From Eledone cirrhosa (lineage: Eukaryota): 64,000 nucleotides of DNA. Location of the stretch: the NCBI GenBank assembly GCA_964016885.1, contig OZ024744.1, forward strand, positions 111,414,001 through 111,478,000. Direction: 5' to 3'. Both the position numbers and the translations under genes were made by a program. The first letter of the stretch is position 1, and every line of letters starts with the position of its first letter. The notes under the pieces were generated by a model. It saw nothing but the letters and a program-made list of their open reading frames with translations, searched no databases and was not told where the DNA came from. Shown piece after piece: positions 27,806 through 42,559 of the stretch.

Positions 27806-28480
27806 TAGATTGAGTTAGAAACTCAAAATAGTCTTTTACAATTAAATAGCTCAAGGAAGGGAATCTTTCCGAGCCGTATAATACAATTGAATATATGGGA
27901 GGGGTGAACACCGATATAAGTATACATGTGTTCGAATTGCAAATGACAAATATAGCTAGGTTGAAAAATACTAATTTAAAACAATATGATTTGCCTGTCT
28001 CGAATGAAAGTAATAAATCAATAAAAATAGCAAACCTATATCGTAAAAGACTATTTTGAGTTTCTAACTCAATCTATGATATTCTCGGCTCCATACATAG
28101 AGCTAACTTTAGTGTCATAAACTCGGCTGCTATTTTTAGCGGCATGAGTATGAGACGCGCTAGGCGCTGCGACATGTGTTTTTATATCAACACATAGTTC
28201 AGTCTTCTTAGCTCTTTTGAAGTGAAAGGTACAAATTTCCTGGATACCCGCAGAAGAGCACAGGAATGGTGGCTTTCACTTAATAATTCTTGCGAAACAG
28301 ATTTAGATCTGTCCGGGTATCAAACGGCAGTTGCCCGATATAGGTTTGTTATTTTATTGATTTATTACTTTAAATCGAGACAGGCAAACCATATTGTTTT
28401 AAATTAATATTTTTTCAACCTAGCTAACTTGGTCATTTGTAATTCGAACACATGTATACTTATATATTCAATTGTATATA
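27422..28480. mobile_element. About 500-bp hammerhead-bearing non-coding unit with an inverted partial copy, plus a diverged fragment (27422-27750)
   Basis: 27805-28043 is the reverse complement of sequence overlapping both ends of 28045-28480 (circular permutation). TTGAGTTAGAAACTCA recurs at about 27436 and 27810. Confidence 0.7.
28243..28321 (+). ncRNA. Type I hammerhead with variant core CAGAAGA
   Basis: GATACCCG-CAGAAGA-GCA...TGC-GAAA-CAGAT-TTAG-ATCTG-TC-CGGGTATC. 8-bp stem I and 5-bp stem III, both perfect. Confidence 0.78.
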
Positions 28481-29013
28481 TGAATGTATGTATAGTATAT
28501 TTGGCAATATACCGTATGTTTAATTAAAAACAGTTAGAAGACCATTCGCTATAAGTTTTAAAGTAGTGACTATGTCACTTACTTATTTTCGGCAAATGTA
28601 GGAAGAGAGGCTGACAGTCTGTTTCTCGGTGTTTGGCGTTTATCAAAACCACGCACTCCCCTGCCTTTGCCGAAAGTTATAAAAGCTAGATTTTCATAGA
28701 ATTCCAGTAATAATCAGGAGTTGATTATACAGAGCGATTGCCGGTCCAGCACTATTTCAGAGCACCAATACTAATACCTAATTTTTGCTCCAATATATAT
28801 TTGTTTATTTGTGTGTGAGAGAGAAGGAAAGAAAGAGAGAATGAGGGGCAGGGAGAGACATAGATAGTTATACTTTACTGAATATTCTAACTGTACATTA
28901 TTATATTAATGAAACCAATATTTCCTCACCGTCTGTCATCCTTCAGGAACTGTTTCACTCAAAACCAAACTAGTTATAATTAACTAGAATTACAACTCAT
29001 TATACTGAGGAGT

Positions 29014-29186
29014 AGGGCGGTGGAGAAGGTCGGACGCCATGCTTTGACGCAAAGAGTTACGTCCCTTTATGATCTGAGTTCAAATCCCGCCGAGGTTAAC
29101 TTTGCCTTTCATCCTTACGGGGTCGATAAAATAAAGTACCAGTAATGTACTGGGTTATTGCTGGCCTTGTGCTAAAAGTAGAAACA
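29014..29186 (+). mobile_element. tRNA-derived SINE with 15-bp TSD
   Basis: TSD ATTATACTGAGGAGT at 28999 and 29187. Confidence 0.9.
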
Positions 29187-30138
29187 ATTATACTGAGGAG
29201 TTGTGATCAGTAGATAGTATCAGCAATGGAAAGACAAATAGAAACAAATGAGGTCTGGGATGTTGTCGATCGAAAACAGCGATATCAGACTCAACTTTGT
29301 AGCGAGATCTGTCCACGCCTTCAACCCTGGGTGACACCTAAAAGTCAAATTCTAGGTCACCATCCTTTTCGACGTAAACAAGTTCATGCGTGGGCGATCC
29401 CTCGAAAGCGACAGGTATATAAAGCCTGTATCATCCCACGTCTAACACACAGAGAGATCGGAGCAGTACGCTATAGATAATAGCTATGTGAAAGATTCAC
29501 CGCTATCTACAGGCCTCTGGGGGTCTACAGACAACCGCAGACCATTACTCTCTCTCTCTCACTATGGTCTCAGACTACACCAGCCTCATGAACCAACAAC
29601 AAAATAACATCGTCAACTTCGCGACTCGTGGTAACTTGTTTGTTGTTATTCTTGACTGAAGTGAAGTAAACCTTGACTGAAGTGAAGTAAACCTTTTCAT
29701 ATATAAAGTAAATCAGCTATTCTTGTTATTTCATCTAACAACCACAACTAATACCCTTTGTTACAACTTTAGTTCACTCCTATATTTTCAAAATTTTAAA
29801 AAAGTATTTCTCTATTTCTATATTTAGTCACACCAGGGAAAATAATTTATCTTAAAATATTTATAATGGTTTCTGATTTAGGCACAAGGTTAACAATTGG
29901 TTTGTTTTTTTTGGTGGTGGTGATGGTGGTGGGGCTAGGTGGGGGGCTCGATTGAATCGACTTCAGTACTGGTATAACGGAATTTCACTGTATGTATATA
30001 CGTATATATTCACACATAAATATATCCATACATATAAACATACATACACATTAACAAATATATACATACATATATACACACAAATATTAGCAAAAATACA
30101 TATATATACGTACAAATACATATACAAACAAAAATAAT

Positions 30139-30229
<91 letters not shown>

Positions 30230-30801
30230 CTGTATAAAAATACATTCATATATAAATGTGTGTATATATATATATATACATATATGTATATTTGTATGTA
30301 TTTAATTGTGGCTGCGTATGTATGTATATATACATGTATGTATATATGTGTGTGTATAGATACGTATTTATGTACTTATCTGTGCAGGTACATAACTTTT
30401 ATATAACTTTATATTTTTCTTTGTACAATATATATATATTTTTATATATTTTTCATATATTTTGGAGGAAAGAAAATATAACCTGTTTTGCTTGAGTACA
30501 CACACTCTCACACACACACACACATATATATATATATAATATATACACATATAGTAAATGAGTGAAGAATAAGATGATCGGCTCTACAATAGGGTTTATT
30601 CAAAGTATTAACAATTGTTTCATTAGTCAGGTGGGTCTAAAAGCCGTTGTTCGTAAGATGCTACGTCACTCGATTTTAATTACAGTCGATATCTGACCAA
30701 ATCTTAGCGTTAGACCAAATCTTAGCTTTAGACCAGATCTTAGCGTAAGACCAGATTTTAACGTTATATATCACACACAGCATAGCACTGATTAAATTAA
30801 T

Positions 30802-30985
30802 TGTTTCTACATTAGGCACAAGGCCAGCAATTACCCAGTGCATTACTGGTACTTTATTTTATCGACCCCGTAAGGATGAAAGGCAAAGTGAACCTCGGCG
30901 AGATTTGAAATCAGATCGTAAAGGGACGTAACTATGCTGGAAAGCATGGCGTCCGACCCTCTACCGATACTGCCAATTCACCGCC
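30802..30985 (-). mobile_element. tRNA-derived SINE with TSD
   Basis: CACTGATTAAATTAAT on both sides. Confidence 0.9.
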
Positions 30986-31184
30986 ACTGATTAAATTAAT
31001 ATATAGAACACATTACTGGAAGCATCTCAACTGACTGAATACAAGTTAGCTTGGATGAAACAAACTTTCCTCTTTTTATTCGCTAACCCGTAGAAATTCC
31101 GCGATTTAATTAGAAACAACCACCAAGTACTAAACACACACACACACTCTCTCTCTCTCACCCACCCACCCATATATATACAAG

Positions 31185-31341
31185 GGCGGAGGTGGTGAGA
31201 GCAGACCTCAGATCGCTGAAGCTCACGGAGGAGATGACGAAGGACCGTGACAAGTGGAGAGATGCTGTGCTAAATAGGACCCGTCCTATCCCTTGCAAGC
31301 AGGGAAAAGCGGACGTAAAGTGATGATGATGATGACGATGA
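31185..31341 (+). mobile_element. RTE-like LINE extreme 3' end with (GAT)n tail
   Basis: DLRSLKLTEEMTKDRDKWRDAV followed by (GAT)n. Confidence 0.6.
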
Positions 31342-31344
31342 TAT

Positions 31345-31745
31345 ATCTATCTATCTATCTAAGGCGGGTAAAATTCCCGAGATCCATGGACGAGTTCTCT
31401 CCAGCGGTCTCTGTCCCTCATTATCGCTGCCATGTCCTGCGTCTCCAACAGACCAGTGTCTGTCCTTAGGGCATCAACATACGTTAACCTTGGTCTTCCT
31501 CTTCTAGTGTGTCCATGTAAGGGCTCCCAAAGCAGCACTGAGTGCAATGTCAACTCTGGATGTCGGTGAGCATGTCCAGCTAACCTCAGTCTCCTCTGTG
31601 TCACTTTTGAGCTGACTTTTGGGAGGCTCCCATACAGCTCTGAGTTTTTCACCCTCAGTGTATACTGATTAATGTTCAGAGCCATCCTCAACATTCTCGT
31701 GTAGCACCCATCCACCATCTGAGTGAGTTTCTTGGTCAGTGTCCA
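31345..31745 (-). mobile_element. RTE-type LINE 3' fragment with (AGAT)n tail
   Basis: WTLTK..DGCYTRMLRMALNI, RRLRLAGH..RHPE, LLWEP..RRGRP, DRDRWR. Confidence 0.8.
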
Positions 31746-31932
31746 TATATATATATATGTGTGTGTGTAGAAGAGATATTTAATTTGTTGGAAATCCAAC
31801 AAATATAGATGTTTACAACTGATTCAGAGCACTCGACAGATTTCTGGAGGAAGTATTCAATGATATTAAATAAATGGAAACTATATTTATAAAACCATAT
31901 TTGGTCATGTCAAATATTTATAAAACATTTTG

Positions 31933-31996
31933 TATTTTATCTGATGATAGCGTACCAAAAATTTTTGGTACCCTTGAAATATATATAATAGAATAA
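31933..31996 (+). ncRNA. Minimal hammerhead in a solo pLTR-like repeat with inverted 5' piece (about 31750-31903)
   Basis: TATTTTAT-CTGATGA-TAGCGTACCAAAA-A-TTTTTGGTACCCTT-GAAA-TATATA-TA-ATAGAATA. Same family as 22345. Confidence 0.75.
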
Positions 31997-32041
31997 ATAT
32001 GGTTTTATAAATATAGTTTCCATTTATTTAATATCATTGAG

Positions 32042-32111
<70 letters not shown>

Positions 32112-33671
32112 GTTTATATATATATGTAAAAGGTAAACAGAAATAATAACACAATCGTTACAGTATATGGAAGGAACATATTAGTTTAACGCTTGATATA
32201 GCAAGAAGAGGGTTCTAACATTTCGGATGCTAGTCCTTCAACAGAAGAAAGAATGAAAAATTAGAAAGATTGAAGGGACGGGCGGGGCGGAATCGGTGAA
32301 AATGTTTTTAAATAAAAATAACAGGTCCATTCATGTTGATATCTCTTGAAAAACTGTTGGTGCTGGCGTTTTGTGTATGATTTATTTTTTTTAGAAAAGT
32401 AGATGATGGAGCGCGCCTACCTGAAATGGGAAAAAAAAACGATTTGGAAAAAGCGCTACACTTGTGCACGTGCGTATACGTGTGTGTGTGTGTGTGTGTT
32501 ATTATACGTCCGTACGAAGCTACGTGGATATGTGTGTGTATATGTAAGTAAAAGAGTGTGTGTGTGTGTGCTTGTAAGTACGAAACTGTGAGCAAAAGTA
32601 TGTTAATATAAGGCAGTTTGTGTGTATACAGAGCTGTGAAGGGAAAAGTAGAGGTGTGCGCATTTTGTTGGTCTGTATCAGCTGTAAGAGAGTATGTTTC
32701 TGACTATAAGGGATCCATAGGAATCTAGGGTGAGTGTACAAGCGGGTCTGTGTGATAACGGACAGGGTAAACGTGACGAGGGGCGGTGGGGGTAGAGAAG
32801 TAAGCACAAACACCCCGCAGAGGTTAACTTTGCCTTTCATCCTTACGGGGTCGATAAAATAAAGTACCAGTAATACACTGGAGTTGAAGGCCTTGTGCCA
32901 AAAGTAGAAACAAATATTAAAGAAATTGGGGAGGGGTGTTGAGTCCATGAAGGAAACAGGACCCAGGGCGGTAAATCAGACTCTGTTCAGTCCTGGTGGC
33001 GAGGCCTGTGATCCGTGATGTAAAGGACACCAAGGACTGAGATATATAGGGAAGAGTGGCCTAGGGAACGGAAATGACGGGCGAAGGGAGTATCCATAAA
33101 TATTGCATAGAAAACGTGGGTGGGGCCTGTGAGAGTGGTGTGGTTGGAAATGAAAGGGCAAGTGATACAGCGAGGACGAGAACGGGGATGAGAGCCGGGT
33201 GGAGTTGTAGGAGAGGATGAGAAGGAACTGCATACCAGGAGGTCGTGGAGATTACGGGCGCGCTTAAATGCGATGATAGGTGGATTAGGAAAAAAAAAGC
33301 GAGAAGTGACGGGGGTCAGAAAGAGGGTGTAGCTCCTCTGAGTGATTTCTTATCTATATATTTTATCCATCCATTGAGATGTTTAAGTATTAGAGACTAA
33401 CTAAGCTTTAATTAATATTAAATACTCCTTAATTTGTCGTGTTGTATCACACGGTCTTTTGACTGCTATTTCTAGCGCCATTATAAGCCTGTCACATAAT
33501 CCTAATATATTAAGAGAGATTTGATCATTTAATAGTTCAACACATCGTTTTCGGACAGCATCATCAATGTAGCCTCTTACTTTTGAAGAATAACTTCCCT
33601 GAAGAGTATTGCGGATTCTTCAATTATTAGTTCTTCCAATAATAGGTTCTTCCGCAAACGAAGAACCTATT

Positions 33672-33853
33672 TAATAATTGTTTCTACTTTAGGCACAAGG
33701 CCAGCAATTATCCCAGTACATTACTGGTACTTTATTTTATCGACCCCGCAAGGATGAAAGGCAAAGTTAACCTCGGCGGGAATTGAACTCAGATCGTAAA
33801 GGGACGTAACTATGCTGGAAAGCATATCCGACCCTCTACCGATACTGCCAATT
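33672..33853 (-). mobile_element. tRNA-derived SINE (a further partial copy at 32815-32915, +)
   Basis: Same family. Confidence 0.88.
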
Positions 33854-33920
33854 AATAATATAGCTTCTCTGAGTGATATTTAAGTATTAGAGACTAATTA
33901 GCCTGTGGTTAATACATATA

Positions 33921-34000
<80 letters not shown>

Positions 34001-34107
34001 CACTCACTCTTACCATCCTCTTTCCAATGTGGCCGACATTTTACACTACATATACAACAGCTTTAACCATTCGTTATTTAAAAAAAATTTTTTTTTTTTT
34101 TTTTCAT

Positions 34108-34710
34108 ATGGTGAATTGGCAGTATCGGTAGAGGGTCGGACGCCATGCTTTGGCGCATAGAGTTACGGCCCTTGCCATTCTGAGTTCAAATCCCGCCGAG
34201 GTTAACTTTGCCTTTCATCCTTACGGGGGTCGATAAAAAAATAAAGTACCAGTAATGCACTGGGTAATTGCTGGCCTTGTGCCAATAGTAGAAACAGTTA
34301 TATTCTAAATATCGTAATGGTGGACTGGCAGTATCGGTAGAGGGTCGGGCACCATGCTTTCCAGCATAGTTACGTCCCTTTACGATCTGAGTTCAAATCC
34401 CGCCAAGGTTGACTTTGCCTTTCATCCTTACGGGGTCGATAAAATAAAGTACCAGTAATGCACTGGGTAATTGCTGGCCTTGTGCCAATAGTAGAAACAG
34501 TTATTGTCTAAATATCGTAATGGTGGACTGGCAGTATCGGTAGAGGGTCGGACGCCATGCTTTCCAGCATAGTTACGTCCCTTTACGATCTGTGTTCAAA
34601 TCCCGCCGAGGTTGACTTTGCCTTTCTTCCTTACGGGGTCGATAAAATAAAGTACCAGTAATGCACTGGGGGGTAATTGCTGGCCTTGTGCCAATAGTAG
34701 AAACAAGTAT
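34108..34710 (+). mobile_element. Three tandem SINE copies (period about 203-209 bp)
   Basis: Heads at about 34108, 34317 and 34520; shared spacer TCTAAATATCGTAATGG. Confidence 0.9.
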
Positions 34711-34984
34711 TTAATTAGGTTCCTTTAAGCTCTAAGTTCAAAATTCTTCACATAACATCGTTTCCACCATTTTATATATCTATTTCTACATTAAAGGCGG
34801 TTGTTGAAATGAACGCGGCTTAGTGGTTAGGGCTTTCAGCTTTCGAACGTGAGTTCGATTTCATAATGTTACACATGTTTGTGGAATGCTCAGACACTTG
34901 CATGTTACATTAATGAACAGGCTGTTGTGTTAATCACAACAACTGGAGGAAGGGGCAGTGGAACAATGTCATCTTTTCAGGCGG

Positions 34985-34989
34985 TACTG

Positions 34990-35066
<77 letters not shown>

Positions 35067-35069
35067 CTG

Positions 35070-35100
<31 letters not shown>

Positions 35101-35108
35101 CATTACTA

Positions 35109-35174
<66 letters not shown>

Positions 35175-36585
35175 TCACCACCACCACCACCCCCACCAAC
35201 ATCACCACCACCACTACCACAACCACATATATATATACATATATATTCACATATATACATATATATACATATATATACACATATATACATATATATACAC
35301 ATATATACATATATATACACATATAAACACATATATACACATATATACACAATATACACATATACATATACATTTATACACATATATATATACATATATA
35401 CACATATACATATATATACACATATATACACATATATACACATATACATATACATATATACACATACATATACATATATACACATATACATATATATACA
35501 CATATATACACATATATACACATATATACACATATATACATATATATATACACATATAAACATATATACACATATACTTATATATATACACATATATACA
35601 CACATATATACATATATATATACATATATACACATATATGCACATATATACATATATATACATATATATACACATATACTTATAAATATACACATATATA
35701 CACATATATACACATATATACATATATATATACACATATAAACACATATATACACATATATACACATATACATATATATATACACATATAAACATATATA
35801 CACATATATACACATTTACTTATATATATACACATATATACATATATATACACATATATACACATATATACACATATATACACATATATACATATATATA
35901 CACATATACTTATATATATACACATATATACACATATATACACATATATACATATATATACACATATACTTATATATATACACATATATACAGACATATA
36001 CACATATATACATATATATACACATATAAACACATATATACACATATATACACATATACTTATATGTATACACATATATACACATATATATACATATATA
36101 TATATACACATACAAACACATATATACACATATATACACATATACTTATATGTATACACATATATACACATATATATACATATATATATATACACATTCA
36201 AACACATATATACACATATATACACATATACTTATATGTATACACATATATACACATATATATACATATATATATATACACATACAATCACATATATACA
36301 CATATATACACATATACTTATATGTATACACATATATACACATATATACATATATATATATACACATACAAACACATATATACACATATATACACATATA
36401 CTTATATGTATACACATATATACACATATAAACATATATATACACATATAAACACATATATACACATATATACACATATACTTATATGTATACACATATA
36501 TACACATATAAACATATATATACACATATAAACACATATATACACATATATACACATATACTTATATGTATACACATATATACAC

Positions 36586-36616
<31 letters not shown>

Positions 36617-37720
36617 CATACAAACACATATATACACATATATACACATATACTTATATGTATACACATATATACACATATATATACATATATATATATA
36701 CACATACAAACACATATATACACATATATACACATATACTTATATGTATACACATATATACACATATATACATATATATATATATATACACATACAAACA
36801 CATATATACACATATATACACATATACTTATATGTATACACATATATACACATATAAACATATATATACACATATAAACACATATATACACATATATACA
36901 CATATACTTATATGTATACACATATATACACATATATACATATATATATATATACACATACAAACACATATATACACATATATACACATACTTATATGTA
37001 TACACATATATACACATATATACATATATATATATATACACATACAAACACATATATACACATATATACACATATACTTATATGTATAGACATATATACA
37101 CATATATACATATATATATACACATACAAACACATATATACACATATATACACATATACTTATATGTATACACATATATACACATATAAACATATATATA
37201 CACATATAAACACATATATACACATATATACACATACTTATATGTATACACATATATACATATATATATATATATACACATACAAACACATATATACACA
37301 TATATACACATATACTTATATGTATACACATATATACACATATAAACATATATATACACATATAAACACATATATACACATATATACACATATACTTATA
37401 TGTATACACATATATACACATATATACACATATATATATATATATATATACACATACAAACACATATATACACATATATACACATATACTTATATGTATA
37501 CACATATATACACATATAAACATATATATACACATACAAACACATATATACACATATATACACATATACTTATATGTATACACATATATACACATATATA
37601 TATATACACATACAAACACATATATACACATATATACACATATACTTATATATATATATATACACATATATACACATATACTTATATATATATATATATA
37701 TATACACATATATACACATA
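34985..37720. repeat. (CTA)/(CTG)/(CCA) triplets, then a 2.5-kb (CATATATACA)-type satellite with higher-order blocks
   Basis: Directly visible; recurrent landmark ACTTATATGTAT. Confidence 0.95.
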
Positions 37721-38019
37721 CACTTTTATTTATAGTATAGCACCCATGCCACCCCACCCCCACCCCCCCGCCCTCCAAAACCTCTCCTTAAATATCCACA
37801 TCATTGCGCTCTATCTTTTTCTATCTTCCCACCACAAGCCCTTCTCTATTACACCTATATACCCAGTTTTCTTTCACCTACATACTTCACAACAGTAACC
37901 ACACAACTCCCCGCAAGTAAGTACACGACGCAACAATCAACGAATCAACGCCACAACACACCGCCATCTCAACCCAGCGTCAAACACAAAAACGCGCTAC
38001 AATAGCAGCCGCTACATGT

Positions 38020-38121
38020 ATGTGTATGTATAGATTTACACGCATGTGTGCGCGTGTGTGTGTGTGTGTGAGTGTGCCTGTGTGTGTGTGTGCGTGTGTG
38101 TGTGTGTGTGTGCGTGTGTGT

Positions 38122-38171
<50 letters not shown>

Positions 38172-38281
38172 AAGTGCGCGTGCGCGTGTGTGCGTGCGTG
38201 TGTGTGTGTGCGTGTGTGTGTGTGTGTGCCTGTGTGTGTGTGTGTGTGTGTGTGCGCGTGCGCGTGCGTGAGTGTGCGTGA

Positions 38282-38317
<36 letters not shown>

Positions 38318-38540
38318 GTGTGTGTGTGTGTGTGTACGCGCGTTCGTGAGTGTGCGTGAGTGTGTGTGTGTGCGTGTGTGTGTGTGTGTGTGCGCGTGTG
38401 TGCGCGAGTGTGTGTGTGTGTGTGCGCGTGAGTGTGTGTGTGTGCGTCAGTGTGTGTGTGTGTGCGCGCGTGTGTGTGGGTGTGGGTGTGTGGGTGTGTG
38501 TGTGTGCCTGTGTGTGTGTGTGTGTGTGTGTGTGTACACG
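38020..38540. repeat. (GT)/(GC) alternating purine-pyrimidine tract
   Basis: Directly visible. Confidence 0.95.
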
Positions 38541-38716
38541 TGAGTAGTTCTATGTGTGGCGGTGCGGCGTATTTATAAGAGTGCGTCAGTGCATATACCC
38601 CGAAAGAGAAGTTTCACCTATGTACAGACGAATATTTCACGTGTTTAGCTGAAATATTTGATCAAGGTCTCATTAACAGGTGTGAAAAGACACACCCACT
38701 CTCATATATACATTTA

Positions 38717-38817
<101 letters not shown>

Positions 38818-38934
38818 GTTATATATATAGTTATATATTATATATATTCACGTACACACCCAAACAAACACACACATAAACATATATGTATGTATCTCTC
38901 TCTCTCTCACTCTCTCTCCCCTCTCTCTCTCCCC

Positions 38935-39028
<94 letters not shown>

Positions 39029-39152
39029 CATACATATAGTAGGTTATGTTTACTGAAAAGAAAAAGAGAGAAAGGAGAGTGTGACGAAATATAGAGTGCA
39101 TTGCGGTGTTTACTGTGTGTGCGTATGTGGAAGAGAGAAGGGGAGAAACAGA

Positions 39153-39187
<35 letters not shown>

Positions 39188-39757
39188 AGAGAGAAGCGGG
39201 GGGGGGTGAAGAGTGAGAAACACAGGGATATATATAGAGAGAGAGAGGGAGAGTGAGAGTGGGAAATGGAGAGAAGATGTGACTTTATATTTATATTTGC
39301 ATGGGAATGTTCTTTGGTAAAATACCTAAAACAAACAAAATAGTTTGAATCAGGTGAAAAAGTTTCAATAGCTCACCTTTGGAAGAAATAACCAGGTAGA
39401 GGGTCACACCCACTGGTCAAACATCAAATCTATTTATTTTTTGTGAGGATGTATACTATGTTTGTATGTATATGTCTACACATATGTATAACGAGTGTGT
39501 TTGTATGTATAAATCCTTACGCTGTTTTCAAATGATTTTAAAGCTTGTTATATAAACAAATACACACACGCATACATACACACACACACACGCACACACA
39601 CGCACACATATACATACATATATACATGCACTGACACACATACATACAAGTGGTACATGTATGTGTATATATATTATAACACACACACATCCACACACAC
39701 ACACACACACACACATACACATCCACACACACACACACACACACACACACCCACACA

Positions 39758-39862
<105 letters not shown>

Positions 39863-40346
39863 CAATCGGTTCTTAGCTGGCGTTTCTACGAAGAAAGTTT
39901 GATTTCATGGTGGCAATTTGATATTGTTTCTGTTATTTTTCTAAATTATGATGTGATATTTCTCTGTGGTATAAAGCTGGCACTAACTTTATCCGTTTAT
40001 GTAGAGCATGATAAGTTTACTGATTAACCAAACAATATCGAAATGGCTAGTTAATCAGCCTTTCAATTTCCATATATATATCTGCAAAATGAAGTGAGAT
40101 TCTCTTTTCCTTGACTCTGAAATTTTGAACCCACATCGCAATACAGATAGATTTTTTCGCTTTTTCTCACTACCCACTGATTATATACTTTACTTAAACA
40201 CCTGTTGTGTAGTAGACAGGTTTTCTTAGTTCTGGCTACCTGCATGTTTTCATATTGGTCCTTCGGAGTTTCCCAATTATGATGCAGCAGGCATTTTTCA
40301 TGTAGCTGTAGCAGCTGTAGACTATATTTTAATTAAATAATTTATA

Positions 40347-40533
40347 ATTGTTTCTACTTTAGGCACAAGGCCAGCAATTACCCAGTGCATTACTGGTACT
40401 TTATTTTATCGACCCCGTAAGGATGAAAGGCAAAGTCAACCTCGGCGGGATTTGAACTCAGATCGTAAAGGGACGTAACTATGCTGGAAAGCATGGTGCC
40501 CGACCCTCTACCGATACTGCCAATCCACCGCCC
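40347..40533 (-). mobile_element. tRNA-derived SINE with TSD
   Basis: TAATTAAATAATTTATAAT on both sides. Confidence 0.9.
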
Positions 40534-40959
40534 TAATTAAATAATTTATAATACTTTCAGATAAGGGCTGCATTCTAGTTACAAGCGACAACACATTCTG
40601 TTCTTGTTCTTCTTGGTGCATGAAGGTCACTGCTAGCTCTCACTGTGCGCGCAACCGTGTGTTGCCATCTGTTGGCGTGCTACAGAACTAGTCTGGAAAC
40701 CTTTTGATATCACCTCGTATATCGCGAAACTTGAACTCAGAGAACAGAGTCGAAACAAACATAGAACCATTGTTTTTCTTCTTCCTTTTCCCTATCCACT
40801 GATATTTTTGCTAGAAACACATATTGCTCCTAATGTGGAACTTTTAAAGCAAAGTCTATCGAAAATTCGTCAGACTAGCATAACTTAGCCCGTATAGTTG
40901 AGCACTCTTTAGACATAAGGATTTTCTTCATCACAACATGATGTATCTATACGGGATAA

Positions 40960-42078
40960 ACAGAATATAGCGACGCCAATGAATACTTCCTACGCCGAAA
41001 TAGGTGGAAAGCTTCGACGGTGAAATGGCCACTATTGCCACTGAGAAATTCAACAATTAATTAATCTCACCCCACCCCGAGTTAAGGATTTAGCCCCCTT
41101 CGAAACTGATTTAGTCTCCTATATCAAATTCCGTAAGTACCATAATCCCTTCCAACTTACGATTTTAAATGACATTAAACAATTCAAATTATCTAATAAT
41201 TACTTTTCTGACAAGACGAAAAATCTTTTTAAAGTAGACAAAGAAAGGTATAATCAATCACCTTATCCTTAATAGCATAACTAATAAAAACTAGAAGGCC
41301 AAACCTAACACCTATAACATGATTAACGATGAATCAAAAGAGATTGCCAAAAAGTTTAAGATCGACAATAAAGTAGAACGCTTAGCTAAACGTGATGCCT
41401 TTATTACTTTGAAGGATCACAGATCTGACTTTACAAACAGGCCAAGTTTTAAGATAAATTAACACGCACATTCTTAATATCACCAACCTCTCACTGGGGA
41501 ATAATACAACATCCGTCATATCCTGGTTCACAGAAATCCCTTCTAGAACAGGACTAATTCACACAGTTCGATATTATTGATTTTTACTCATTCATTTCTA
41601 GAAACGATAATAATTTATACATCGCCCGTTCTTTCTGTGACGAGAAATTAGAACTAATATTCCACGCCAGACGAACTATACTATTTAGTATCGGTAGTCT
41701 TTTGTCGTCTCGATGGGGTCCTATGATAGAGCTGATATTTGTCATCTTATCGGGTTATACATTCTTTATACACTGATGTCTAAGTTCCCCAACCCCATGT
41801 TTGGTCTATATTGAGATGATGGTCTTTCGTTTTCACATGATTACAACGGCAACACCCGAGACACATTCATTAAAGATTTAATTGACACTTTTCGCACACT
41901 ATGACTTAAAATTACGGTTGACACGAATCTTACTAATGCAAATTTAGACCTAACCACAGGTTCGTATAAACCATACGATAAACCTAACAAACAGGGTCAT
42001 ACAAGACCCCTGCAGTTTTTTTAAAACCTAGTTTCTAATATAAATCGTAGAATCTCAAAGCTACCAGCCTCAGAGGAT
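40960..42078 (+). mobile_element. Heavily decayed Penelope-like element (Naiad-type RT)
   Basis: FLRRNRWKA, SDKTKNLF, AFITLKDH, QFDIIDFYS, MGSYDRADIC..GLY, GLY*DDGL, LTTGSYKPYDKPN. Confidence 0.82.
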
Positions 42079-42559
42079 ATATATATGTGTGTATGTATAT
42101 GTATATATGTATATATGTGTTTTATATTTTACTCTTAATAATTCGGCCGGAGAATTATCTTCCCATTTGCCCTTTATAGCATAACTTTCTGCATTTACTG
42201 CGGTTATGAGAAGCGGTTCTTATTCGGGTATAACTTCTGATTTAGCCTAAGAAAATATCTATATGCGTGTGTAATTTTATACAAGCATATATTTATTTTT
42301 TTATTTTCAATTGAGTTCTTAAACACGTTGGATTGATAATGTTTTCAAAAAACTAATTAATCCGCGTGTATATTATTATTTTTTTCCTCATTTCGTGGGT
42401 TGTCTCCCCTTCCCGCTTCGTGTCGCTATGATACTTCCTCAGTCAAAAACTGCTGGAATTTCAAATTTAGCGGTCATTCGAGGTGGGAGAGACCAACTTT
42501 ACGGACATGATTTTTGACAGCGGTAAGAAATTGTTTTCTTATTTCAATGTTTAATGGGC

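Noticed and set aside
32320-32460. Host exon on the minus strand (strong polypyrimidine-CAG acceptor near 32424)
   Set aside because: No recognisable protein, donor site or partner exons.
34812-34865. tRNA gene
   Set aside because: Only degenerate A/B-box-like sequence with no cloverleaf; likely a SINE head remnant. The same applies to all SINE heads here.
40560-40610. Twister ribozyme suggested by GTTACAAGC
   Set aside because: No P4 pairing and no downstream pseudoknot partner.
40661-40677. CTCF-like motif (CGCCAACAGATGGCAAC, minus strand)
   Set aside because: A single short motif match cannot be supported without ChIP or conservation data.
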